Positions 11,641 to 22,544 of a DNA stretch of 34,164 bases are shown here, piece after piece. Each line of letters starts with the position of its first letter. Position 1 is the stretch's first letter. Position numbers and translations under genes: made by a program. This stretch comes from Octopus bimaculoides. Taxonomy: Eukaryota. The notes below the pieces were generated by a model, which was given only the letters and a program-made list of their open reading frames with translations, did not search any database and was not told the DNA's origin. The DNA is taken from contig NC_068985.1 of NCBI RefSeq assembly GCF_001194135.2, positions 91,848,362-91,882,525 on the forward strand. Reading direction: 5' to 3'.

Positions 11641-14129
11641 TGCATACCACATTGTATCAGGTTCACCTAGTTTTTCAATTTCCCCCTCCCCACTCTCAAA
11701 TGTCTCTCTCTTGTGTCTTCTGAGAAAGCGAAGTAAACACTTTACATAACCTTTCTTCAGCCTTCAGAAGTTGTCACCCAAACTACATTTTCTTATATAC
11801 ATAGATCTTCAGGCATTTAAATTGTCAATCAACTTCATCAATGTCACCGTGTGGTAGGGTTTGCTGCAGTTTATGGACTATGTTTCTCTGAATACCTCAC
11901 TAAACAAACGGGATTTCTTTATCTCCGTTTGTTTTATATTCTCAATTCCAAAGCTTGACCTATTGTATGTTTGCTTGTTTGTTACTGAAGAATCGGTGAG
12001 ACTCTTTTATTCTATAATCACATTCTGTATCTTAAGATATAACCCAGCTGTTTATCACTTTCGATTCTTCATACAAATTAACTTACATTTATACACACTT
12101 TCTAAGAAATGACAATTTTTACCAACTTTTACTAGCAGACTGATACCTATAAGAAAGTTCTGCAACATCAAACCATAAATTCTGTAAGCAAATAAAGATG
12201 ATAGTAAGAGGAAAACACATTTTATCTACTAATTGAAAAACAACAACTTTTCCCGTGATGAGTAAATATATATTTTTCAATTAAGATCTATCAATATGTT
12301 AGATGCTAAGAAACTTCGAAATCCTGATTTTAGTGGAAATTTATATCGATTCTTGTAAGTTCTACAACGTCTCAATAAGTGTTCTAAAGGCATAAGGAAA
12401 TTTATATATCAACACGAATTTGTTTCAAAACTGCTTTTGTTTGGTTGTTTTTGTGTTTGTCTTGGTTTCGTTTTGTGTTTGCTCCATAAGTCATCCACTC
12501 ACTACTAAGCTGTCATTTGTATCAGTAACATACAGTTTTTGCTCATGATTAAAGCTCTGATGTTTTGTGTTTTTTTTTATGTACATTTTTCTTGTATGCC
12601 CAGCAGTAAAAAAACATAAAAGCAAAAAAAAAAAAACCTATATCAAATAAGTCCGTTAAGAACTCTATATACACAAACGACAAAAGCTCACAATAGATGT
12701 AATGGATAGCAGCAATAGGTTTTGGGAAATCCAATACAGGAAACATAGTCCATAAGAGGAAATAGATCAGAGAAAGAAAATTTGATAAAAGATTAATAGA
12801 AGACAGAGAGGAGACATAGAATGCCAGAAATATAGACACTCTAAATAAAGAGAAACAACAGAAGATAAGAGAGAAATGAAGAAACTAATGTAGTAGAATT
12901 TGTGCTACATAGTGCATCAAAGAAAAGATGACAGAATAATAAATCTGAACGCTAGAATATGGGCATTGGATACCCTATCATGACATATGGCCAGATGCCC
13001 AGCGCCATGCTTTCTCCAATCGTGCAGTAAAGTATCAAATGTTGTTTTCTTTATCTCGTATTTTATATGTATATATGTATATATATATATATATATTTTG
13101 TTCATTGGTATTTCGCTTTGCACATTTTTGTTTATTTGCGGGGAAAAAACTATCTATTGGGAAAGAAAATGCCTATAACGTTATAACAGATTTTGAAGTT
13201 GCTTTCACATTTGATAATCAATGTTGCAATATTCACCGGTTTTTGCTATGAACAAAGCATCGCTTCTTCACTAAATTTATGCAACCAACATCTTCGAAAC
13301 TAGAGATCTTCAAAAAGCCATTTCTTGTATTTCTCTTGGGATCAATAAATCTGTCTCTGTATTTATGTGTTCTTGTTTTTTTTTATTTTGTTTGTTTTTT
13401 TGTTTTTCCTTCTTTTTTTTTCAAATCTGAAGCGTTCATTTCTTCAATAGAGAAAACCTAGAACATATTATTTACTCTTGCAGCACAGAATAAATTGATA
13501 TGCCTTAATTGTCACCAGAGGTTCTGGGTTTCTTGACAGATGGTATGACTAGATGCTATATGGAAATATCAATGCTCCAAATATTTGTACCATGGCAACT
13601 TACACGAAGCATGTTTGAAATAATAGCTTTTGGGTGACTCGCTTTCATAATTTACCTTTACATGAGACTGACTCCTCGGAGCACAGCTATACATTTTTTT
13701 TTTGTTTTGTTTTGTTTTATATAGAAAATAGTTATAGAATGACAGGAACAAAAGCAAATCGCCTGCTATATGCTGATTGTATCAAAATATGTAGCAAAGC
13801 AGAGATTCAGTACAATATGCATTTCAGAATGTGAAACCTTCAGCATAGATATAGCCATTGATAAGAGAGAACTGAGAAATAGCAAAATCTATGAACACCA
13901 CTAATCTGGCTGAGGAATGCGTTTGACAAACAAAATACGCACACTCTAGCATGTGATATAAATAATATAAGGAGCTGAGAGAGACTTCCACAAACTAGGA
14001 TTTATGGCCAGTTTATTTATTTTTATTTTATTTATAACACCTGTTATCAATTATCACGAGGTGACCAGAATTAATGTTTTCTTCGTATTGACATTGCATT
14101 ATTATTATTATTATTCAGGCAGGTCACTG

Positions 14130-14200
14130 CTTGGTTACGAACGCGGGGATACAAACCGAAAGATTCCATGTTCTATTTCAGGCAGTGACTTGAATAATAG
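14130..14200 (+). mobile_element. Short tRNA-derived SINE-like element with (AAT)n tail
   Basis: tggttacgaacgcgggg...gattccatgttctatttcaggcagtgacttgaataat has degenerate A- and B-box-like segments and runs directly into (AAT)n. Confidence 0.5.
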
Positions 14201-14219
14201 TAATGATAATAATAATAAT

Positions 14220-14274
<55 letters not shown>

Positions 14275-14289
14275 GTAATAATAATAATA

Positions 14290-14353
<64 letters not shown>
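14196..14353. repeat. (AAT)n microsatellite
   Basis: Direct reading. Confidence 0.98.
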
Positions 14354-14363
14354 NNNNNNNNNN

Positions 14364-14574
14364 AAAATACCAGGACTTACAAATATATATAACATACAGA
14401 AAATTGCACTACTGGGTACTGCACACATTCTACGCAAAACACTTTCAATACAGTAAACATAAGAGCACCACAGCAAACCACAGCACATACCCAAGGCGCA
14501 CAGAGCTGCGCTCGGTAGTGAAGTGAAAGCACGTTATAAAAATAAAACTACTGAACAATAATAATAATAATAAT
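14364..14574 (+). mobile_element. 3' end of an R4/Dong-like (RLE) non-LTR retrotransposon
   Basis: KIPGLTNIYNIQKIALLGTAHILRKTLSIQ* matches the R4/Dong C-terminal consensus (QK-x-ALLGTA-x-ILR-x-x-L). About 100 bp of 3' UTR and an (AAT)n tail follow. Confidence 0.85.
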
Positions 14575-14619
14575 GATGATGAAGATGATGATAACAACAA
14601 CAACAAAAACAACAACAAC

Positions 14620-14762
14620 GAAAAATACCTTAGGAATGAGAACCCAGAATCGAAATTTCTCCAAGACACCTGATGAAGGCTGGAGGATATATCAGCCGAA
14701 ACGATGTGTTAACAACATAAAAAGATGAGGACAAATATCCGTCAAATGTAAATAATATAAAA
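14620..14762 (+). mobile_element. Penelope-like pseudo-LTR fragment
   Basis: Contains the CTGATGA...CCGAAACG hammerhead signature typical of PLE terminal repeats. I recall this sequence as an abundant octopus repeat. Confidence 0.6.
14665..14710 (+). ncRNA. Minimal type I hammerhead ribozyme motif, probably inactivated in this copy
   Basis: GACAC (stem I 5') - CTGATGA - A - GGCTG/CAGCC (stem II) - GAAA - CG - AT - GTGTT (stem I 3'). The conserved U16.1 position is A here. Confidence 0.6.
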
Positions 14763-15589
14763 TGTCATTGTCCATGAATATATCAACTACCATTTCGTAA
14801 GCATATCCTGAACAATACGAGAGAAACATGTTTCTGATATAACTTTGCATCCATACACTAGAAAATATTCCGCAGAATGTATGCTTTGAATATAGACTTA
14901 ATATGCGCATATATAGCGACGGAATTCTGATATCAAACACATATCTAATAGGTATAATAACATCAAGTGCTCGCATCAGACGTGTACTAATAAAATAATA
15001 GTACGCATGAATATAATGTAATAACGGAGAGATACTAATACGATATGTCAAACTTGCGAGCAAAAATCCAAAGGAAAGAGGAGAACACACAGTAAACCAA
15101 ATGGGTAATAAATAACTCGGAATTCCGCATTTCAGTGATTCGATGAATGTGATTATGAAGATGATCAGAGACATCAATTATTCAAGTTATCAGGTAATCA
15201 AGAAAAAACTTGAAAGTAAGGAAGAGAAATTACTATGTGCAAAACTGATTATCTTATGGAAAAGCTAGTGTGTATANNNNNNNNNNNNNNNNNNNNNNNN
15301 NNNNNNNNNNNNNNNNNNNNNNNNNNNNNNNNNNNNNNNNNNNNNNNNNNNNNNNNNNNNNNNNNNNNNNNNNNNNNNNNNNNNNNNNNNNNNNNNNNNN
15401 NNNNNNNNNNNNNNNNNNNNNNNNNNNNNNNNNNNNNNNNNNNNNNNNNATATATATATATATATATATATAATATATATTATGTGTGTGTGTGTATGTG
15501 TAAGTGTGTTTGTCTGCGTGTGTGTTCGTGTGTGTGTATGTATATATGTTTATATACACACACAGACATACATATATATTTCATTACAA

Positions 15590-15662
<73 letters not shown>

Positions 15663-17080
15663 TGCGTGCATATAGCCCTTCTCACATACTACATACAAAC
15701 ATACATACACACATACGTATACATATACATAAATGCATTCATACACATACATACATATATATATATATATCTGTATACGTATATGTATGTATGTAGTATG
15801 TGAGATTGATATAAGCAAACACACACACATACGTATATTTCCAGTGCGCCTAAGTACGTCTATACACAACTGCATAAATATGTACCTTCCAATTCCGACT
15901 ATGGAACAGAGGTTAAAGAGAACAGAGCCAGAAAAGATCAATATCTTGTAGAGAATATATATGTATGTATATCCGTGCGTGTGTACGCGCTCACGTATAT
16001 AGGCATCCACGCGCATATGTACAAATATATTCCCATGCGTGCATGAATATATAAGTGTGTGCATATATAAAGTTTTTGTGTAAGTTCCTTTGCGTGTGTC
16101 AATATGTATATAGTTATTTTAATATACGTTCTGTATGGTTTGTTTCTCTTTTCCTTTGTAGTATAAACCATATTCCATTGTTTAAACAATGTGAATTGCG
16201 TTCTTACCAACGTAGGACATCATTAGTCTCTCCAATTCTACTCCTTTATTAATGTATATATATATATATGCACACATTAGGAAAATAGGAATTCATACGA
16301 AGAGCTGACGCTATTAAAAATACCTATATTAGAACAAATAGATTGAATATTTCAAATGAAAATACAGTTTCAAGAATTTCTAAGCGGACTCAATACAACA
16401 AATTTACAATTAAGCTGTCATGCTTTCTAAGTAAATATATGTTTTAATCTGTTATTACATTGCGAAACATTATCACAAATGTGTTGCAATCATAATATCA
16501 ACGTAGTATTCACATACTACATTAACAAAATCTGTGAATGTAATAATATACAAGTAGCAGCAAGAGAAAATATGTAACAGATTTATGTTACATCTCTTGT
16601 AATGACTTTCTGTTAATTCACATGAAATGTGTTTCTGGTTAATGATAACTTTAAGCATATTGCAATATCACACCTCAATGTGTACGGCGTTATATTAGTG
16701 TTTGATATTATGCATTGTCTGGTATAATAGCTACATACTCGTGATTCTATTAGCTTGAAAGCAAACTTGTTACCAGTTCAAATATGCTTGGCGCATATTC
16801 GAAGCCGCGAGAAAGACGTTCATTGTATTTTGTCATACATAAACCGAGTCAGCTTACTGCTACACCGGAACAGAGTGTGGGATACATACATTTCGGTGTG
16901 GTTATTTCCTCTACAGCTACAAACACTAGTAAGTGTGGCTCTGCGAACAGACGCATGGGACATTACTTCGGTTATTATTTCAGTGTGTGTATGTGTAGCA
17001 AAACGTTGTATAGTAGAACCTGTAGTGTGCGAAACAGAAATGTCTTCAATTTATTTATATTGTTATGTTTCCTTCTGTAA

Positions 17081-17277
17081 GGCAGCAGTGAGCTGGCAGT
17101 AAAGTTAGCATACTGAACAAAGACGCTTAGCAGCATTTCGAGCGCCTTTACGTTCCGATTTCAAATTATTTTCGGGGTTGATGAATTAAGTACCAGTTAA
17201 GCGCCAGGGCTGGTTTGATCGAATAGTCCTTTCCACCCACAGCAACATTTCAATTCTTGTGCCTATAGCGGAAAGGA
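17081..17277 (+). mobile_element. Main-family SINE, internally deleted
   Basis: Head gtgagctggcagtaaagttagca, core aattaagtaccagtt, tail cttgtgcctatagcggaaagga. Confidence 0.8.
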
Positions 17278-17993
17278 TTGTTATGCTTTTGCCTGAGATT
17301 AGTCGAGAGCGATGCTCATAGTCTTCACAAGCATTCCAAGACTGGCCAAATACCCATGGTTAATGTTCTTAATGAAAAGTTGGAAATCGACGGTTATATG
17401 TTTCAAGAAAGTGTGTTGGAGTAATTCCAAGTCGACAAGAACTGGGTGTAATAATTGAGAAAGTGGAACCCAAAGAATTAGATACGTCTGAATCAAGAAT
17501 GATTTAGTAGAGGTGGTAAGAAACCAGAAACTTAGGAATGGAACAGTCAAATTATTTACGATAGAAAAGAGGGGAGACGGCACTGCAGTAAACCAGAGCC
17601 CGTCTGGGCAGGAGAATCTGAATACAAATCATTTAGATGTCCTCTCTTTGGTTGAGGCTTACAATCGTATCAACATCGCAGTTACTTGCCGTTACACGAA
17701 TGTTTTAGATAGAAATCTAAGATGGCAATAAAATAATTGATGAAAATATTTAAATGAAATGCAATTAAGTAATGATTGAACTGTTATAAACTGATGACAA
17801 TAAAACATTTAAATGAGTTGATAATAAAAGAACAAATGAAGCGAAATAGTAATAATGATGGTGATAAAAGACCTGATAAAAAAAAATTAGAATAAAGAGA
17901 ACCACTAACACGAGATATTTGTTCGCTCTGAATTATTAAAGATCATAGTCATATTCTGTAGGAAAACTGTCGAGAAAGTGAGAGAGAGGAAGA

Positions 17994-18060
17994 GGGGGAG
18001 GGAGGTGTCGGGGGGAGATGTCGGGGGAGATGTCGAGGGGGAGATGTCGGGGGGGAGATG
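17994..18060 (+). repeat. G-rich minisatellite (GGGGGAGATGTC) x4
   Basis: G5-G7 runs at 18010-18015, 18023-18027, 18037-18041 and 18049-18055. Confidence 0.9.
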
Positions 18061-18119
18061 TTTTCCGCAGTTCGCTATTCGAGGAGAGAAAACTATTTTT
18101 TGCTTGGAACTAGCATATT

Positions 18120-18290
18120 TCTGAGAGTCCCCGTAATTCAAAGGGCCAGCCTTGTCACATTCCGTGTCACGCTGACTCCCACTGAGAACTATGGTTAAGA
18201 TACATGTGCCTATGGAGTACTCAGCTACTTCCGCATTGATTTCACGACCAGGTAGACGGTTCAACGAGAACGCTTTTCTTCGTAACCGAC
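18120..18290. mobile_element. Fragment of another octopus interspersed repeat (related fragment near 30990-31030, opposite orientation)
   Basis: gagtactcagctacttccgcattgatttcacga at about 18212-18244 is mirrored by ggaattaatatgtgaagtagctgagtatc at about 30992-31020. Confidence 0.5.
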
Positions 18291-18587
18291 GGAGTATCAG
18301 TTGCATTTCCGCGATATCGTGGTAGCTTCGATACATTTCACTAAATTTACAGATTGAGTTCTCGTGTAATATTCCTGGAGTGGTGCGACCAGGCTAAATG
18401 ATGTTGTGTAAAACCTTCCAAGGATGTAAATGTGGAAAAGATCTGATCTTGAAGAATTCCATCGTTGGTAGAGTCGTTGGAGTGATGGAAACATGTTATG
18501 GGATATTTATTCCGGTGGTACATCATATTTGTTGTTCTAGGGATTGATTTTTCAAAATATCAGTACCAGAATATAATAAAACATATG

Positions 18588-19025
18588 CGTAGGAATGCCT
18601 GTGTGGTAAGTAGCTTGCTTACCAACCACACGGTTCCGGTTCAGTCCCACTGCGTGGCACCTTGGGCAAGTGTCTTCTACTATAGTCTAGGGCCGACCAA
18701 AGCCTTGTGAGTGGATTTGGTAGAGGGAAACTAAAACAAGCCCGTGGTATATATGTATGTATGTATATATATATATATATATATATATAGGTGTGTGTAT
18801 GTATGTGTGTGTATATATGTTTGTGTGACTGTGTTTTTCCCCCCAACATCGCTTTACAACCGATGCTGGGGTGTTTACATCCCCGTAACTTAACCGTTCG
18901 ACTAAAGAGACCGATAGAATAAATACTAGGCTTACAAAGAATATGTACTGGTGTCGATTAGCTCGACTAAAGGCGGTGCTCCAGCATGGCCACAGTCAAA
19001 TGACTGAAACAAGTAAAAGAGTAAA
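18588..19025 (+). mobile_element. Full-length tRNA-derived SINE (second family) with internal (TA)/(TG) microsatellite
   Basis: tRNA-like head (gtggtaag A-box, ggttcagtcc B-box), gcaccttgggcaagtgtcttctactatag body, internal microsatellite, 3' ggcggtgctccagcatggccacagtc and gaaacaagtaaaagagtaaa tail. Confidence 0.9.
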
Positions 19026-20329
19026 ATAAATAGTAATACAATGATTCCACTCAACTTTTTTTTTGCAACTGGCTCTTGGAAAGATATATCCATGTAAGTT
19101 ACATATTTTAAGCAGTAGATTGATCTCAACATTATAACTACCACGCAGGCAATGTAATTGACACAATACAGTCTCAACTCAAGTGTGAATTAATGACCTA
19201 GGTGTATAACCAATTAAGTAAATTAGTAATCTTTTTCCATTGGATTACTTTACGGAAAATGTCAGAGATTCCATGATGGTGGTGAAGAAATGGAGTTCTG
19301 TCTTGGAAGCATGAATGTGGCAAACCATTTGTCTGCCCATTTTACTCTCTTGGCGATAATTATACTTCTACATGTAACATGTGACGTTCTTATGCAAAGT
19401 GAGGCTACAGTATGGAATTAACAACAAATATATTAACAGCAGAACATATAGTTTTCTGGTAAATAAGCAGAAATGTGTTGGAGCCAGGACAGCCTCCTGG
19501 GATTCGCCTGAATCGATTTCCTAAACGGCAAAGAACTGAATGCATATGGTCCCATTGTAGCTTCATCTCAGCAGGGATGATTTGATGGTAATAATGATTG
19601 AAGAAGATGTAACATTACCAAATAGTCTGTGTCATACCCTATCAATGCATTTTAAAGAGAAATAATGAGACAAGGCTGTCATTCGGTGCCCTAATGTTTT
19701 TATGAATGATGACTATGAGTATGTCAGCGGCGGACCCGGAAACCCGAAAAGAAAACCTTCTTCTTGCCACTATGGTGCTTGGCACTATTCGAATAGTTCA
19801 TAACATTTAACAGCGCTTTATTATATTCTTTTATTGATATTTTGAAAAATTAATCCCTAGGACAACAAATATGATGCATCACTAGAATAAATAACCCATA
19901 ACATGTTATTTCATTCTTCATACCCGAGTTAAACTCTTCTCTTTATTCCCGTCATTGCTTACAAAATAGGTATCATGTGAATACTAGAGTCATTTGCTTC
20001 AACTATGATATTATGCCATGAATTTACGATTAAGATACAAAAGCGGGATTTCACGCACGTTTAGTTGTATTTACAATAGATACGATAAAATACACATTCA
20101 GAATTTATTGCTTCCCAGTCGAGAGCAGCAAGACCTGAGTATAAAGAGTAAACTCTTACCGTTCAATGAAGTCAGTGATTTACTCGTAACAAGAGAACTA
20201 AGCTAAACATCAGAAATGTATGTATATGTATATTCAGAAGTCTTCATTCACTATGTAAATTATCCGAGTTGAAATACTACAATAAATACTTGCATGTATG
20301 TTATTCACATCAGTTTGAGTACAAATAAT

Positions 20330-20765
20330 CTTTTCTACTCTAGGCACAAGGCCCGAAAGTTTGGGGATGGGGTTCTTAATTTATCTACTACGAAAAGATG
20401 AAATGCAAAGTTGACCTCGGCGGAATTTGAACTCAGAACGTAACGGCAGACGAAATACTGCTAAGCATTTCGCCCGGCGTGCTACGGATTCTGCCAGCTC
20501 ACCGCTTTAAAAATGCCACAGAGCATTCTGCCCGGCGTGCTAACGATTCTTTTCTACTCTAGGCACAAGGTTCAGAAATTTGGGGGAGGGGGCCAGTCGA
20601 TTAGATCGACCCAGTACACAACTGGTATTTAAGTTACCGACCCCGAAAGGATGAAAGGCAAAGTCGACCTCGGCGGAATATGAACTCAGAACATAAAGAC
20701 GAACGAAATACCGCTAAGCATTTTGTCCGGAGTGCTAACGATTCTGCTAGTTCGCCGCCTTTTTC
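20330..20765 (-). mobile_element. Head-to-tail main-family SINE dimer plus partial head, flanked by one 13-bp TSD
   Basis: Copies at 20330-20508 and 20547-20760. GAGTACAAATAAT occurs at 20317-20329 and 20766-20778. Confidence 0.9.
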
Positions 20766-20793
20766 GAGTACAAATAATGCACACAGATAGCCA

Positions 20794-21050
20794 TAGTTGT
20801 TCTCAACCACTTTTTTTTTTCTGTTAGAGCTCTTCTGAGTCCTATTTTACTCCGATGGGTCCTCATAACCATTCCATGTTTAAATAATCCTATTGCATTT
20901 TTTTATAATTGAATAATATTAGGGATTTCAAAAATTGTTAGAATGTCTTGTGTATTATAGAAGTAAAATCAATGTTTTGTACTTAATCTTTAACAACAAA
21001 AACTCATATGGACCCTCAGGGGTCACATGGAGCCCTGTTGAGAACCACTG
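20794..21050. mobile_element. hAT-like MITE
   Basis: Termini TAGTTGTTCTCAAC and GTTGAGAACCACTG match 12/14 as inverted repeats and resemble the hAT CAGTGGTTCTCAA TIR. No clear 8-bp TSD remains. Confidence 0.65.
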
Positions 21051-22544
21051 TTATATTATAGTTAGTCATTAACCAGGGTTTCAACTTAAATAAAATAACA
21101 TGAACTGACTGTTATGGTTGTAATGCAGTTAACAAAATAAATACAAGCACATACGAGTCACAGCAAATGCTGGAGACTATAGATGGTTTCAGATGCTAGA
21201 AATAGCAGTTAAATCCCCTATCCTACTCCTTTAAAAAATCTGATGTGTAGGATACTGAATAATGGTGTTCTTTACAGTGAGAAACATTGTAGGGTGGATG
21301 GTCGCAGTAGTAGTGTCTTTGATCATGGACTTCAGAGTTGGTGTAGGCTTAAATATCAACAACAAAACTAAAATTGGTCTACCGATGGGGATCCCACCAC
21401 CTTGGCGATTAAACTTCGCTCAAGTGGTGCAAGCCAACATAACCAAATTACACTGCAGAATCATACCGGTTATGCAGTCGTCTCATGAGCGACAGCTGCA
21501 CGCTTTTAGACAAGTGTTCAACATATTTCTCCTAAATTGGTGCAGTTTAGTCGATAAAACCAAATTAATTGCATATCCTGTTTGTTACAAGTGAAATTGT
21601 TCTTTTTCGGACAGTATATTAGTTTGTATCTTCTTGCTTCAATTCTTGTGTTATCTTCTATAAACGAGTTTCAGACAAACGAAGCCTGTTATAGGCATTA
21701 GTTACCGGAACTGTTTGTTTTGACAGGCTGCCAATTCTTTTGAATGAAACATGTTTTACTATTCCAATCCATTGTATAGGGTGTTTCTTTAATTTTATAA
21801 ATAACTCTGTTACTTTCTCAGTCTTCCGTGGATGCTTTACACTCATTCCTTTGTTAGGTTCCAAACTAATTCTATAAATTATTTTAAGCATGAAAGATTT
21901 TATCTTACGTTGGTTTCTCTTCCTTGTGAAATAATTCCTTAGGAATTCGATAGCCCTCCATATACGCAGTGTAACCACTCAAACATAAAGCTAACGTTGA
22001 TAAAGGTGAATTCAATAGCACAGCGTTAGGATATTCCAGCGTGTTCAATATTGGGAATGGCTGTTTTGGAAATCTTCTGTGGGTATTGTTAGATTTCATT
22101 ATTTTCGACTTATATAAGAAGAAAGGGGCAGATAAATTCGTTTATTTCATATAATAATACATGTGCAACTTTGATGTAAAGTGCATTTGGGGTTAAAATC
22201 TTCAGAGGGAGAATATATATGAAGCGAGGTAAGAGTAAAACTATTCTGTAGCAATTACATTCACAAGTGTGTTTCATATTCGGTCTCTGACACATGTTGT
22301 ATGATGTAATTTCTCGGTTAACATCCAGAAAAGAATATCCAATGTAAATACAATAAACATTGAAACCTTTTTTTTTTCAGCTCCGGAGTACATTCGTTTG
22401 CAATATTATCGCCTTATTACAAAGCGATCCCAGCAATCTTCAAACTTGTCTCCCCAATTTTTTCCAACTCTTAGCGGTTTCCTTTCAGTCATATTATCAC
22501 CGATATTCTCTCTACCACTTGTCTGTTCTAATAATTTATTGATT

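Noticed and set aside
12940-13030. GC-richer island giving plausible peptides on both strands (EYGHWIPYHDIWPDAQRHAFSNR; IGESMALGIWPYVMIGYPMPIF)
   Set aside because: No convincing acceptor on either strand, and no recognised homology.
14692-15177. 161-aa minus-strand ORF
   Set aside because: Its I/L/Y/F-rich composition is typical of random AT-rich DNA, it overlaps the Penelope fragment, and it has no recognisable motif. An ORF this long is not improbable by chance in 34 kb.
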